This document shows positions 39,033 through 50,500 of a DNA stretch of 51,022 nt, piece by piece (position 1 is the stretch's first letter; each line of letters starts with the position of its first letter). Below the pieces are notes generated by a model. That model searched no databases and was not told the DNA's origin. It worked only from the letters and a program-made list of their open reading frames with translations. This DNA is from Puniceicoccales bacterium (GTDB taxonomy: Bacteria; Verrucomicrobiota; Verrucomicrobiia; Opitutales; JAIRLG01): the NCBI GenBank assembly GCA_031279255.1, contig JAITIW010000029.1, positions 1 to 51,022 on the forward strand, read 5' to 3'. A program made the translations under genes and the position numbers.

Positions 39033-39148
39033 ATGTATAGGGATAGCCGCAAGCTTTTTTAAGAAACTCATCCCTTAATCTTACAGATTCTAGATTCTAC
39101 AGACTTTAGCCTGGGTTTATCCATCGTCAGCCTGGGAATTACTTCATT

Positions 39149-39251
39149 TTACCGCCTTTGCGCTAAGAGAAAAATGCAAAGCGAGAGCCTTCATTTTTCC
39201 TTATCGCCGCCCGCGCAGCGGGCCAGGGCCCGAAGGGCCCAAAGGCGGTAA
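39149..39251. repeat. GC-rich nested-hairpin element G4 (variant, opposite core orientation)
   Basis: The outer inverted repeat ttaccgccttt...aaaggcggtaa encloses gcccgc-gca-gcgggc and gggccc-gaa-gggccc. Confidence 0.7.
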
Positions 39252-39400
39252 AGCAAACAAATGGCCGGAAGAGCTCAATAGCCAACACAATCGCAGCCCA
39301 TGTCGAAGCCTGAGTTTAAAAAAAAACTGCAGCATGTCTCTCAATGAAGAGAAAAATGTAGCCGTTCAGCCTCATTTTTTCCACACTATTCCACATTCAT

Positions 39401-40849
39401 ATGACATCTGTTTCGCTCCATAATACTTCGACGAAAACAAAGGATACCCTAACGCCATCGTCCGATGGTATTTTTAGAGTCTACTGCTGCGGTCCAACCG
39501 TCTACGCAGCGGCTCACATCGGTAACTTTCGGACATTTTTGCTACAAGATGTCCTACGCCGTGTTTTGGAAATGAGCGGTTATCATGTCCGCTGGGTACG
39601 CAATCTAACGGACATCGATGACAAGACGATTCGCGGAGCACAGCAGCAACAAATTCCCCTAAAGGAATTTACACAGCACTGGATCGATGTCTTTCACGAA
39701 GATTGCCAAAAGCTCCAGATACGAACCCCCGAAGTAGAACCTCGCGCGACCGAACACATCGATGACCAAATTCGATGGATCGAAAAACTTATCCGGCATG
39801 GATTTGCCTATGCCGTTGCGGATGGTTCTGTCTACTACCGCATCGCTTCATTTCCTCGCTACGGACAGCTTTCGTGCCTAGCATCCCATAATCTTCTGCC
39901 AGCACAGGCCAAAAACATCACCGGTGATGCAGACGAATATGACCGCGATAACATCCATGATTTCGCGCTCTGGAAGTCACGTAAAGCGGAAGATGGAGAA
40001 TGCTATTGGAATAGCCCATGGGGACAAGGCCGCCCCGGATGGCATATCGAATGCAGCGTCATGGCGATGCGCTACCTCGGCGAGACATTGGATCTTCATG
40101 GTGGTGGCATTGATCTCTGCTTTCCACACCACGAGAACGAAATTGCCCAATCCGAAGCCATTACTCAAAAATGTTTTTCCAAGCACTGGTTTCACAGCGC
40201 CCACCTCATGGTTGATGGCCAAAAAATGTCTAAAAGTCTGGGCAATCTCTATACCCTTCAGGAGCTCCAGGATCAGGATTACAGCCCTATGGCCATTCGC
40301 TATGCCTTGATAGCAGGACATTACCGTCAGCCACTTAATTTTACTCTGCAGAGCCTATCCACCGCCACCAGTGCTCTGCAAAAACTCGCCAAGGTACAGA
40401 AGCAATTGCAAGTTATCGCGACAACGGAAGCGATACCCCCCATGACCCATGACAATATATCTGAAAAAACATCGGCATCGCCGCTAACGAATGCCTGGAA
40501 AGCCCTACGTGAAGACCTGAATATTCCCCAATGTTTGGGAATAATATTCACCGAAACCTCTCCGTCGGCCCTTCGCACATTATCGCCAACAGAGGCCTAT
40601 AGGCTGTTGCATGATTTTAAGGGCATCGTCCTGGGAGTCCTTGGCCTCACCTTGCCAGAAGTCGATACCGACCGTAGAAATGCGACCATTATTCCGGAAC
40701 AGATTCAAGAACTAGCTGAACAACGCCTCACCGCCAAACGACAAAAACTTTTTGACAAAGCGGATCAATTACGCGAACAGATCCACTCGATGGGGTGGCG
40801 TATCATCGACCATCCTGATGGTTTTACGCTCGAAAAAGACCATTCGTAG
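39401..40849 (+). CDS. cysS: Cysteine-tRNA ligase
   Basis: HIGN motif (AAHIGNFRTF), KMSKS (KMSKSLGN) and Zn-site context (CGPTVY, HIECS). Confidence 0.95.
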   Translation: MTSVSLHNTSTKTKDTLTPSSDGIFRVYCCGPTVYAAAHIGNFRTFLLQDVLRRVLEMSGYHVRWVRNLTDIDDKTIRGAQQQQIPLKEFTQHWIDVFHEDCQKLQIRTPEVEPRATEHIDDQIRWIEKLIRHGFAYAVADGSVYYRIASFPRYGQLSCLASHNLLPAQAKNITGDADEYDRDNIHDFALWKSRKAEDGECYWNSPWGQGRPGWHIECSVMAMRYLGETLDLHGGGIDLCFPHHENEIAQSEAITQKCFSKHWFHSAHLMVDGQKMSKSLGNLYTLQELQDQDYSPMAIRYALIAGHYRQPLNFTLQSLSTATSALQKLAKVQKQLQVIATTEAIPPMTHDNISEKTSASPLTNAWKALREDLNIPQCLGIIFTETSPSALRTLSPTEAYRLLHDFKGIVLGVLGLTLPEVDTDRRNATIIPEQIQELAEQRLTAKRQKLFDKADQLREQIHSMGWRIIDHPDGFTLEKDHS

Positions 40850-40931
40850 CTCAAAATATTCTTTTACGCCCAAAAAGGACTTGCTTCTCCATAAATTTTC
40901 TTTAGACTTCTCATCATAGGAAGGGAAGGAG

Positions 40932-41324
40932 ATGGAGAGCTCTCAGCGGGAGTTTTTGTTATTGCTGGGCTATTTATACACTCGCTATGCGAAGTATGAT
41001 GAGGCTTTACTGTTCTTTCGTGGACTGAAAGAATATCTTCCAAATGATCCTGAAATCACCATTGCGCTGGCTCATGCCTACTTTAAGACAGAACGCATTC
41101 CGGAAGCCCACGATACTCTCCAGACATTGGAATTAACGCCGCTTCCAAAGAAACAGGAAAAATTTTTCTTCCTCCTACAGAGCCGTATCCTCTGGGCACT
41201 GGGTCGCGATATAGCGGCCCGCGACGCCCTCATTCATTTCTTAGGTCTTGAAGAGCGCGAGTTACGCCTTCATGGATACCGCAAGCAGTGGGCAATTTCT
41301 AAAAAGGAAGGACAGACAGCATGA
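40932..41324 (+). CDS. Small TPR-like protein, candidate SctY (YscY/Pcr4-like) chaperone
   Basis: 130 aa, all-helical, TPR-like (LGYLYTRYAKYDEALLFFRGLKEYLPNDPE; ALAHAYFKTERIPEA). Its stop overlaps the sctV ATG (ATGA), mirroring the yscY-yscV gene order in Ysc-type systems. Confidence 0.5.
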   Translation: MESSQREFLLLLGYLYTRYAKYDEALLFFRGLKEYLPNDPEITIALAHAYFKTERIPEAHDTLQTLELTPLPKKQEKFFFLLQSRILWALGRDIAARDALIHFLGLEERELRLHGYRKQWAISKKEGQTA

Positions 41325-43420
41325 CCTTGTTTCAAAACATTCAAAAATATGTAGGTAAGCTCTCCCGATATAACGATATCGTATTAGCTGTACTGGTCAT
41401 CGCGATCATCGCGCTCATGATCGTCCCCATTCCACCTTTTGTCCTCGACGCGCTATTAGCCCTTAACCTCTCCATCGGTATTAGTCTCCTGATGCTCTCG
41501 CTTTATATTCCCAGGGTTCTCGCGTTCTCCACTTTCCCCAGTGTACTGCTCTTTACAACGCTCTTTCGGCTCGCGCTCAACATCACGACCACGCGCATGA
41601 TCTTACTCCATGCGGATGCTGGTGAAATCATCTATACTTTCGGTAACTTCGTCGTCGCAGGCAATTTTATCGTCGGGGCTGTGATCTTTCTCATCATTCT
41701 CATCGTCCAATTCTTGGTCATCACCAAGGGAGCTGAGCGTGTTTCCGAAGTAGCGGCTCGGTTTACCCTGGATGCCATGCCGGGTAAACAGATGAGTATT
41801 GACGCCGATCTACGTGCTGGCAGTATCGACACCGAGCAGGCTAAGAAAAAACGTACCGAACTGGAGCAGGAGAATCAATTATATGGTGCCATGGATGGTG
41901 CCATGAAGTTCGTCAAGGGAGATGCCATCGCCGGTTTGATCATCACGGCCATCAATATCGTCGCCGGACTGCTCATCGGTGTATTTCAGAAGAACATGGA
42001 AGCGGCCAAAGCCTTGACGGTTTACTCCGTATTGACGATCGGAGATGGTTTAGTGTCGCAAATACCAGCGCTCTTGATCTCCATCACATCCGGTGTCATG
42101 GTTACGCGCGTCGGATCTTCCGATGATGCCAGTCCCTTAGGTAATGACATCGGGTCGCAAATACTGGGTCGACCCAAAGCATTGGTGGTCGGAGGCTTCA
42201 TGATGTTCGGACTCATGCTCATCCCCGGATTTCCTAAAATACCATTTTTGTTCATTGGGTTTATCGCCATTGCCACCGGTGGAGCCCTGCTCAAAGGCGT
42301 TGGCAAGACTTCTGCTTCGCCGTCCGTCGTCAAAAAATCAGGTGGTTTGGACGCGGATGTCGCACCACCGGCATCGGCTAAAGACGAGCGAGATGAATTC
42401 TCTGTCACCGTTCCCCTACTGCTCGACGTCGCTACTTCTATCGAGGCCAGTGTGCAACCGGAAGTCCTCAACGAACAGCTCATCAAGATTCGACGAGCGC
42501 TCTATCATGATCTCGGCGTCCCATTCCCCGGTATCCACCTGCGTTTTAACGAGAACCTTTCCGAAGGAGTTTACCAGATCCTTCTGCAAGAAGTTCCCAT
42601 CTCCCAGGGGAAAATCATAAAGGATCATGTACTCGTCCGGGAATCGAAGGATAATTTGGGTATCCTCAATGTCGCTTTCCAAGAGGAAAAGGCATTTTTG
42701 CCGAATATTCCAGCCCTATGGGTCCATAAAAACATGGTTTCCCAGATGGACAAAGCGCGCATGGCCTACATGACACCTCCGCAAATTTTTGCCTACCACC
42801 TCTCCTTCGTTCTCAAAAAATACGCACATGAATTTATCGGCCTCCAGGAGACACGCTTCCTATTGGAAAATATGGAAAAGCGTTTTCCGGAATTGGCCCG
42901 CGAAGTCCAACGCGTACTGCCCATCCAAAAAATTACGGAAGTATTGCAGCGTCTGGTACAGGAGGATATTTCGATTCGAAACCTTCGCATGATCATGCAA
43001 TGCCTCATCGAATGGGGACAAAAGGAAAAGGAACCGGTACTCCTGACCGACTATGTCCGGACGAGCCTACGGCGCTACATCAGCTACAAATACAGCGGCG
43101 GCCAGAATATTCTGGCGGTTTATCTCCTAAATCCCGATGTCGAAGACCTTGTACGTAAGGCCATCCGCCAGACCTCAGCCGGGAGTTATCTCGCTCTAGA
43201 GCCGGAAAAAGCTAAACAGATCATCCACAATATTCGGGAAGAAGTAGGTGATTTCTCACAGGAAAGTAACCGACCTGTGCTCCTGACTTCCATGGATATT
43301 CGCCGCTATGTTCGCAAACTGATCGAGCTCGACCTTTATGAATTACCCGTCGTGGCACACCAGGAGCTCACGGACGAAATCACGATTCAACCTTTGGGAC
43401 GTATTGCCCTTGCCAGTTAA
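41321..43420 (+). CDS. sctV: Type III secretion export-gate protein SctV (LcrD/InvA/FlhA family)
   Basis: 699 aa. N-terminal TM domain with FTLDAMPGKQMSIDADL and GAMDGAMKFVKGDAIAG, followed by a large cytoplasmic C-domain. Confidence 0.9.
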   Translation: MTLFQNIQKYVGKLSRYNDIVLAVLVIAIIALMIVPIPPFVLDALLALNLSIGISLLMLSLYIPRVLAFSTFPSVLLFTTLFRLALNITTTRMILLHADAGEIIYTFGNFVVAGNFIVGAVIFLIILIVQFLVITKGAERVSEVAARFTLDAMPGKQMSIDADLRAGSIDTEQAKKKRTELEQENQLYGAMDGAMKFVKGDAIAGLIITAINIVAGLLIGVFQKNMEAAKALTVYSVLTIGDGLVSQIPALLISITSGVMVTRVGSSDDASPLGNDIGSQILGRPKALVVGGFMMFGLMLIPGFPKIPFLFIGFIAIATGGALLKGVGKTSASPSVVKKSGGLDADVAPPASAKDERDEFSVTVPLLLDVATSIEASVQPEVLNEQLIKIRRALYHDLGVPFPGIHLRFNENLSEGVYQILLQEVPISQGKIIKDHVLVRESKDNLGILNVAFQEEKAFLPNIPALWVHKNMVSQMDKARMAYMTPPQIFAYHLSFVLKKYAHEFIGLQETRFLLENMEKRFPELAREVQRVLPIQKITEVLQRLVQEDISIRNLRMIMQCLIEWGQKEKEPVLLTDYVRTSLRRYISYKYSGGQNILAVYLLNPDVEDLVRKAIRQTSAGSYLALEPEKAKQIIHNIREEVGDFSQESNRPVLLTSMDIRRYVRKLIELDLYELPVVAHQELTDEITIQPLGRIALAS

Positions 43421-43423
43421 ACT

Positions 43424-44542
43424 ATGGATAACGAACAATTTTTAAAACAATCAGAAGAGCAAGTGGCTTCTACCCAAAAATCTCTTCAAAGGGCAAAGAA
43501 GATGATCGAATACACCGAAAGCTTGTTTCGCCGCTTCGGCTTTGCCTATGGCAACGATGAAGCGATGTTCGCACTGCCGTTCATCCAAAAGATAGCGAGT
43601 GACATCGCTCTTATTGCCAAAGGTGAACGCGATTATCTCGAATTCATGGGCTTCAAGGAACCGAAAGGTGGATGGCCAACGCTACACCTGGGTATCGCGA
43701 ATTCCGAAGAAGAGACAGCCATTGATCGGCTTTTGGCAGAAGCCCAGGCGGCACCCTTAAAACCACGAAAAGAATTCCAGACGGAAGAAGCATCACAATC
43801 CATCTCCACACCTACGGAGTCGACCCATGAATCTATCATAAAAATTCGCTCTCAAATGGATGCCCTATTGGCCAACAGCAAAGCTTCTCTAGGCACACGC
43901 AATGTTCTCAAAAAGACACCCGCAAAAAAAACATCCGCGGAGAAAACTCAAAAGAATAATCCAAGAGCATCTTTTTCGAAACCACCCTTTCGATCATCGG
44001 CCGAATCCATATTCACCATGCCTTCCCCGAAACCGCTGGATACGGCTCGCCAAGAAGTATCATCTCCTGCCTTTTTAAAACAAGATCCTCAACCGGAACC
44101 GGCTGTACCGCTTGAGGTCAAGGAGATGTTTTCCGCTGCCGAGAAACAATCGGAAGAAGAACCCATCAGGCTATTGAAGGCGAGTAGCCATCGGGTTCAT
44201 CGCCATGCGCTGACCAAAGCCCTACGCTCTAAAATACAGAACAATATTCCCGACGAAAATTCCGAAAGCAATGACACCGAAGCGGGAAAATCCCTCTTCC
44301 ACGATGTGGCATCCGGTCAGCAAGAATCTAAATTCAACGCAACTACTCGGACCTTTAAAGCCGAAACTCAGGTCGTACTACCGCAGAGCCGTCCTCAAAG
44401 TCTTACGGAATCGCTGGCCGCGGCCAATCAGGAAGCCTCTACCATCACTCCTCCAACAGCGGGGCATCCGAAACGTTTCTCCAAAATACGCCTCATACAA
44501 GATGGCGATACCTTTAAAATTCAAAAAAACACGCAGCTTTAA
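43424..44542 (+). CDS. Hypothetical protein: ~110-aa folded-looking N-terminus plus a long Ser/Pro/Lys/Thr/Gln-rich tail
   Basis: 372-aa ORF starting 3 nt after the sctV stop, in the same frame as sctV and the following giant ORF. I recognise no family motif. Confidence 0.6.
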   Translation: MDNEQFLKQSEEQVASTQKSLQRAKKMIEYTESLFRRFGFAYGNDEAMFALPFIQKIASDIALIAKGERDYLEFMGFKEPKGGWPTLHLGIANSEEETAIDRLLAEAQAAPLKPRKEFQTEEASQSISTPTESTHESIIKIRSQMDALLANSKASLGTRNVLKKTPAKKTSAEKTQKNNPRASFSKPPFRSSAESIFTMPSPKPLDTARQEVSSPAFLKQDPQPEPAVPLEVKEMFSAAEKQSEEEPIRLLKASSHRVHRHALTKALRSKIQNNIPDENSESNDTEAGKSLFHDVASGQQESKFNATTRTFKAETQVVLPQSRPQSLTESLAAANQEASTITPPTAGHPKRFSKIRLIQDGDTFKIQKNTQL

Positions 44543-44548
44543 GAAGAT

Positions 44549-47500
44549 ATGGATAAAGTAAACCCAGCCGATTATTTATCAGGAACTCTGGGAGCCATGG
44601 CACCCAACTTAGATGATCCTAATTGTCCTTATAGGAACCCATTCAATCCTGACAAAACCCTAGAATTCTATGAATGCGAAATGGTGCAAAGGCCCGATGA
44701 TCCAGCTATACCGGCAAAGCCCGAAGCTGTACTCAATCCTGGTGCTATTCCATCTGCCCAATCTCTAGGGATCTCGGACCCACCACCTGACTATAAACAA
44801 CCCGTATTCAATCCGAAAAGTACCGCTATCCATCCTATTTTCAAAGCGCCCGATGTTCCGCCAATGCCAGAACCAAGAAACTCACTCACTCCTGACGATC
44901 CCGAAAAGGTACTCCAAGCACTGCCAGATTATACGTTACACACCATAGATAGTATTCCAACGCTGGATGATATACCACCATTTTCAGGACCACAATACAC
45001 AATTGGCCGGCCAGAACATCCTCAGGCAAAAGCATTCGCATGGCCTAAGATTGTTCTATCACAGGAACGAATCGAATGGCTTAGTTTTCGAGACCTAGAT
45101 GCCCTACATCACATCTCCAGCGTACCACCAACTGAAGATGTATCTAAAAAATTATCTGAACAAAATATCGTTCTCAAACAGGCACTGCTAGAGGTCTTGA
45201 TGAACCCAAGTTATGCCGGATGGCGTGAAGATACACGCCTTCATGAGGCATTGGAGCAAGCCTTTCGGAGTACAGCCATGGGTATTGCTATCGATGGAAA
45301 GTCGGCTCTAGAAAGCGAATACTTCAAGGCCATTTTCAGTCGTCTGAATAACGGAGACGATGGTACGACTAAGCCACTCCCTGACTTAGATGATCCTGCC
45401 TGGCATGTCTTACAATTCCTAAAAACCATCGAAGGTTATAGCCAAAGCGACCTTTACCTACGCCCGGAATGGTTGGAACAATTTCAAGCATTATTGGAAG
45501 CCGATTGCGACGTTCCTTACACCGTAGGAAATTCCCTATTGGCAGCAGCACTCAAAACTGTCGATGGCACTTCCGTAATTTCAGAAACTCTTGGAGTTAA
45601 GGACACAGATGACGTTTTTCATTCACTGACCGATAAGGTCGATGAGATCAAATGGTCTTACGAAGATTCTGCAAACCCTGATAACCTTAAAATTTACTCC
45701 GCCAATCATAGCGTTACCTATGTCGAGGACGACGAAAAGTACATTGAAGTACCTAATCCGCGATTACGCTACGATGAGACAGGCCAATTACAAGCCGATG
45801 GAACTTATGTATTGGGTAATGATAGGGCTCTTCATCTCGTAAGTGACAACCTATATTTCAAAGCTAAGAGAGATGGATTCACTGCCATCAACCCCGAAGA
45901 AAGATTTGATTACATTGACCAAAAAACTCCTCTCTTTGTTCTTAATAGAGGTGAGTTCGCCCAGGTTGCAAACGCCATTCGGCAATATGTGTGTAAGAAC
46001 AACGTTTATTACACTGTCCTCGGTACCACAGATGGCACATCACCACAATACATCCTTTCAGATGGGTCTAATGTCGATGCTAGCGACTATGAATTATTTT
46101 ACAGAGCGCGTATAGGAGAAGGAGACTCGCTTTCTTATGTCTATGGCGCACGACTCTATGAATGGCAAGAAGAAACAGAATACATTCTCCAATCCCAATG
46201 CCGAGCCAATGTTCATTACGAAGATTATCAAAGATGGAGTGAGGAATCAACTGGATTTACACGGACCGACGATATCCTTTATACTAAAAACGCACTCGGT
46301 GAATATACGCCCATCAGCGATGTCCAAAAACTCTACATTGCCACAACTGTGGCAGGAACGTCGCCGAATGAATCAACTACAAATTACCTCCGCATTGAAT
46401 TCCCTGGGAGGTTCTACCTGCAAGATGGAGACAAATATCTCTACGTTCCAGACCCATCACTACGCTACACATCAGCAGGGGTATTAAGTGCTACAGGAAC
46501 TTATGTTCGTACCGAAGAAGAAGGCTATTTCGACCCAAGTAAGCTAACAGAAACCCAAAAAAAGCGCTTTATACAACTCTACGATTCCACCTATCGAAAA
46601 GATGGAGATACCTATGTAGTGGCCGCCAATGGATCCTATGTCTATGGGCAACTGACGAGCTATAAATACGCCGAGGTTGACTCGGGTGGTAAATTGAAGA
46701 GATACGTCAAGCATGAAGGAAACTTCAGCAGCTCGGCCGATGATGTTTATAAACTTTTCAGCGACGTCATGGTCAAAGGTGATGACGATCACTTTTATCC
46801 CTACAACGAAATCTATCTCAGAGGACTACAGAGTGTTTCCTGCCCTGAAGAAGAACTTCTTGTTTCACTTGAAAATGATGAGACTGGACCGGCATTTCAA
46901 ATGGTCGTCCCCTCGCTCCCCCAGCAATACACAACTCTCACGACTTTGGCAGCCGATAAAACCGCATTGGTGACAGACCTGCAAGCGGTGGAGACATATT
47001 TCCAAAGAGTTAAAACAAATTTAGCCACTTTTACAAGACAAGTTGATGCATTCCGCAACGCGGACGAAGAATTAGAACAACTCACACATTTTTACAACAC
47101 AGAACCTATCGATTGGTCTGATGCTGGACATGTCGAAGGAGTTGCCAACCAAATTTTGCAACAACTAAGCGGTATTAGAGGACGTCATGGGAGTATATGG
47201 AGGCAATATGCTGAATTCATTATCGAAACACTCAAAACCTATAACCCATCTGAAGATAGCTCCATTATTTTCCTAGATCGTTGCCGTCAAATTGACGTTG
47301 CACTCGAGCGCGTTTCTAAGGCAAATGGTTTCACAGATGAAGACGGCCATGCTTTATTGACCACGCATACCGATTTCTTTGGAAAAAGTTTAGCGGAAGT
47401 TTTTTTTCAATGCCAAGAGAGCGCCAGGCCAGAGACAGAAGAGGAATTTCTGCGACTCTTTAAACTGACACAAGCACTGACAAAAGAATTTAACGACCTC

Positions 47501-50500
47501 GTTGTCGGATGGGAGGCCATCGATGCCAAACGCTACATCTCGCAGATGCTCGTAACGCAGCGCCGGCAGTTGCAAAGCGCAGTCAACAAGCTACAAGCAT
47601 TGGATTGGGTCAATTTCCGATCCCTCGTTGCCCAAAAAGAATTTTTCGAAAAAGCTACTCTCCTCGAACATGTCTTCGGTAATTATGGAGAACTTTCCGA
47701 TGATCTCATCTTTTCTCCAGCAGAGGTTGATATGCGTATTGTACAACAATCCAGTCTTCCGAATGGAAGTATCTATTACCGTTCCGTCGATGGTACTTTT
47801 CATCCTAAAGACTCTATCCACGCCTATGTTAATACGACCTACAACATCGTTACGCTTTCCAATTTCGCTACCGTACAGCGATATGACGGAAATGGTCGAA
47901 CTAACGATGAAGGACTATACATCAAAATTAACGGACAACTTGCTCTGTTAGATACTTACGAATTGAATACTCATGGAGGTCTTACTCCTATCACATTTTT
48001 TGATGGAAACAACTTTGCGGCTACATCAAGATTTGCCCTCAACACCACCTACACGGCTTATACCTCGGGAAGTCTCGATGGCTATGACTACGTAGTCAGT
48101 GGCAGCACTTATTATGATCGCACACAAAGCGGCACATTCTATCTCTCTACAGATGGTGGCGTTACGAAAATCCCTCTACAATCGCTCGCTTTTTACCAAG
48201 AGAATCCAAACGCAACTACTTACATACGTTCTGACAGTGGTGATTATCTCCGTACAGATGAAGGACATTACGTAGAGCGATCTGAATTCTCATCCTTCTT
48301 TGAAGTCGCAGCTTCATCAATTTCCACCAACGGACAGCTCACTCGATATAGGCTTACCGGTGATTATTACACGGCCGATAATAGTGGTGAATTTGTTTTA
48401 ATCGATGGCATTTTTTATCGACGCAATGCTTCCAATACCGTGATCCAAGGAGCGCACTATGGCTCCTCTGAAATAACACGATATTCCCTAGAAAATTCTT
48501 ATCAAAGTGCCATCAATGGACCCGTTATTTGCGTTTCTGGAGAATATAGGAATATCGCTGGAGCTACATTTTATTTTCAACCTGAAGGGAGTAGTGCTTT
48601 TATAACTGTTGAAGCCGGGGCCAATCGTTACGAATTGAACTACACAGAAAATGCAAGCGGTACTTATGTGGTAGAAACAAAGGATGACGGTACTGAGGTA
48701 GGATATCTGCGAAACGAAGTCAATCTTCAGGTCTACGCGGTTCAACAAGGCGGTAACTACGTTATAATCGAACATCCTGAGGTCAGCTATCAGAAAAGTT
48801 ACTTCCCAAAAAATTCTTCCGGCAGCAGTGGTGAAGAAGATCTCTACGTTGCCGATGCATCAGGCATCTTATATCGGCACATGTCGAACAATTCATTCGC
48901 AGAAAAATCAGCCGTCAAATGGTATTTCCCAAATACATCCGGCACCGGATATGTCGAAGCCCCTGTAGACCACGACAGCCAGAATAGCCATATTCTGAAG
49001 GAAGATACGCAGGTCTACGAAATGGAATATGTATCTGACAATACAGGAGGGGCATACTATAAAGCTTCCGATGATAACTACTACGAAACAGACAACGTAA
49101 CGGCCTACTATGTTGATAGCGACGATGGTAATAAACTTTTCTTCGTCGAACACCCTGAAGACATCAGCAGTGATACGGTCACAATTCAGAAACAGTATAC
49201 CGTGAGCTATTTCCTGGAGAGCGATACGACCCAAAGTAGCCCTATCGACGTAAGTAAACGCTACAAGAAGAATGATGATGATGATTACAAAGAAGATAAC
49301 GACGGTACTTACATCAAAACAGGCACTGGTACGAGTGACGCAGACTTTACATTACTGTCAGACCTGAAAGCCTATTACACCAATTCTAGCGGGACATTAA
49401 CCCCTATTTCCGATACAAACTTCATCAATGGAAGCGAAACCTTCACGCAAGATTTCACATTTAATGTCACTTACTGCGTAAGGGATACCGTAACATCTGG
49501 AACGAGCACGAGCAGCAGTGAAGATGTTGTAACCGTCAGCGATATTTCTCAAAAATACAATTACACCCAGGTTCTAACAGAAACGCAGCCCCCGGCCGAT
49601 CTGTGGAATAACACCGATGCATACTACGTAAAAATCGGAAATGCATATTATCTTCTGTCTAACTTACAAGAGGGTTCCCTCAGTGGTAATACGCTCACAG
49701 GCACAGCTGATACGACCGATTATGTCCACGGTTACTGTCAAACGACAGAAGTTGATGACGATTTCCCAGACACAAGTGACGTGGTCGAATATAAACGTGG
49801 AGCAGACAGCGTGTTTTACGTCCCTACATCTCTCCGTCGTGGTTTTGAGAAAGATAGCAGCATTATTATTGTCGAAACCAATGCCGACAATACGCCTAAG
49901 CGGTATACACAGAACCATGCTGTATCCGACGATGGGGCCTACATTAAGGGAAATAACGGACGATTTTACACGATGGTCGGGAATAGTTTCCACTACGGAA
50001 CGCAAGAGGGACCTACTGTATATCTCGACCAACGCTTCGCACTCAGTTATCGATATATCCAATCTGCAATGGGCAATCTCATCGGTGTCGCTGGAACGGA
50101 GAATCTACTTAAAATTGCTTCTGAGAAAAGAGGAGCTCGTGTAGGAAGCACGTGGGAACAAATTACGGAGACAACTAAATTCTATGAACGCCAAGGTGGA
50201 TTTTTAGAAGTAGGCAGCACCGGAGCCATACCCGCCAATGCTTACATCATCGACACAGAGGGGCTCTACCATCTGGCGAGAAGTTGTAGATTCTATGCCA
50301 ATCAAGAAGAAATTAGTTCCTTCAGGCCTTATAGAAAAACGGATACGTACAGCACAACCGACAATGGATCTTATCTGCGTAAACAAGATGGAACTTATTT
50401 TTCGAGAGCTCACGTCCTGCTGGGCGCCGCATTGGATTACAAAGGCATTCAAATTGAAGATGCCGATACACGCTACAATGTAAGCGGTGGTTCTGGGTCG

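Noticed and set aside
41321-43420. Annotating the export-gate gene as flagellar FlhA
   Set aside because: No flagellar genes are in the window, its length (~700 aa) fits the SctV/LcrD type, and a YscY-like TPR gene precedes it while a CesT-like chaperone lies nearby. Only a phylogeny can settle SctV versus FlhA, so this rests on context.
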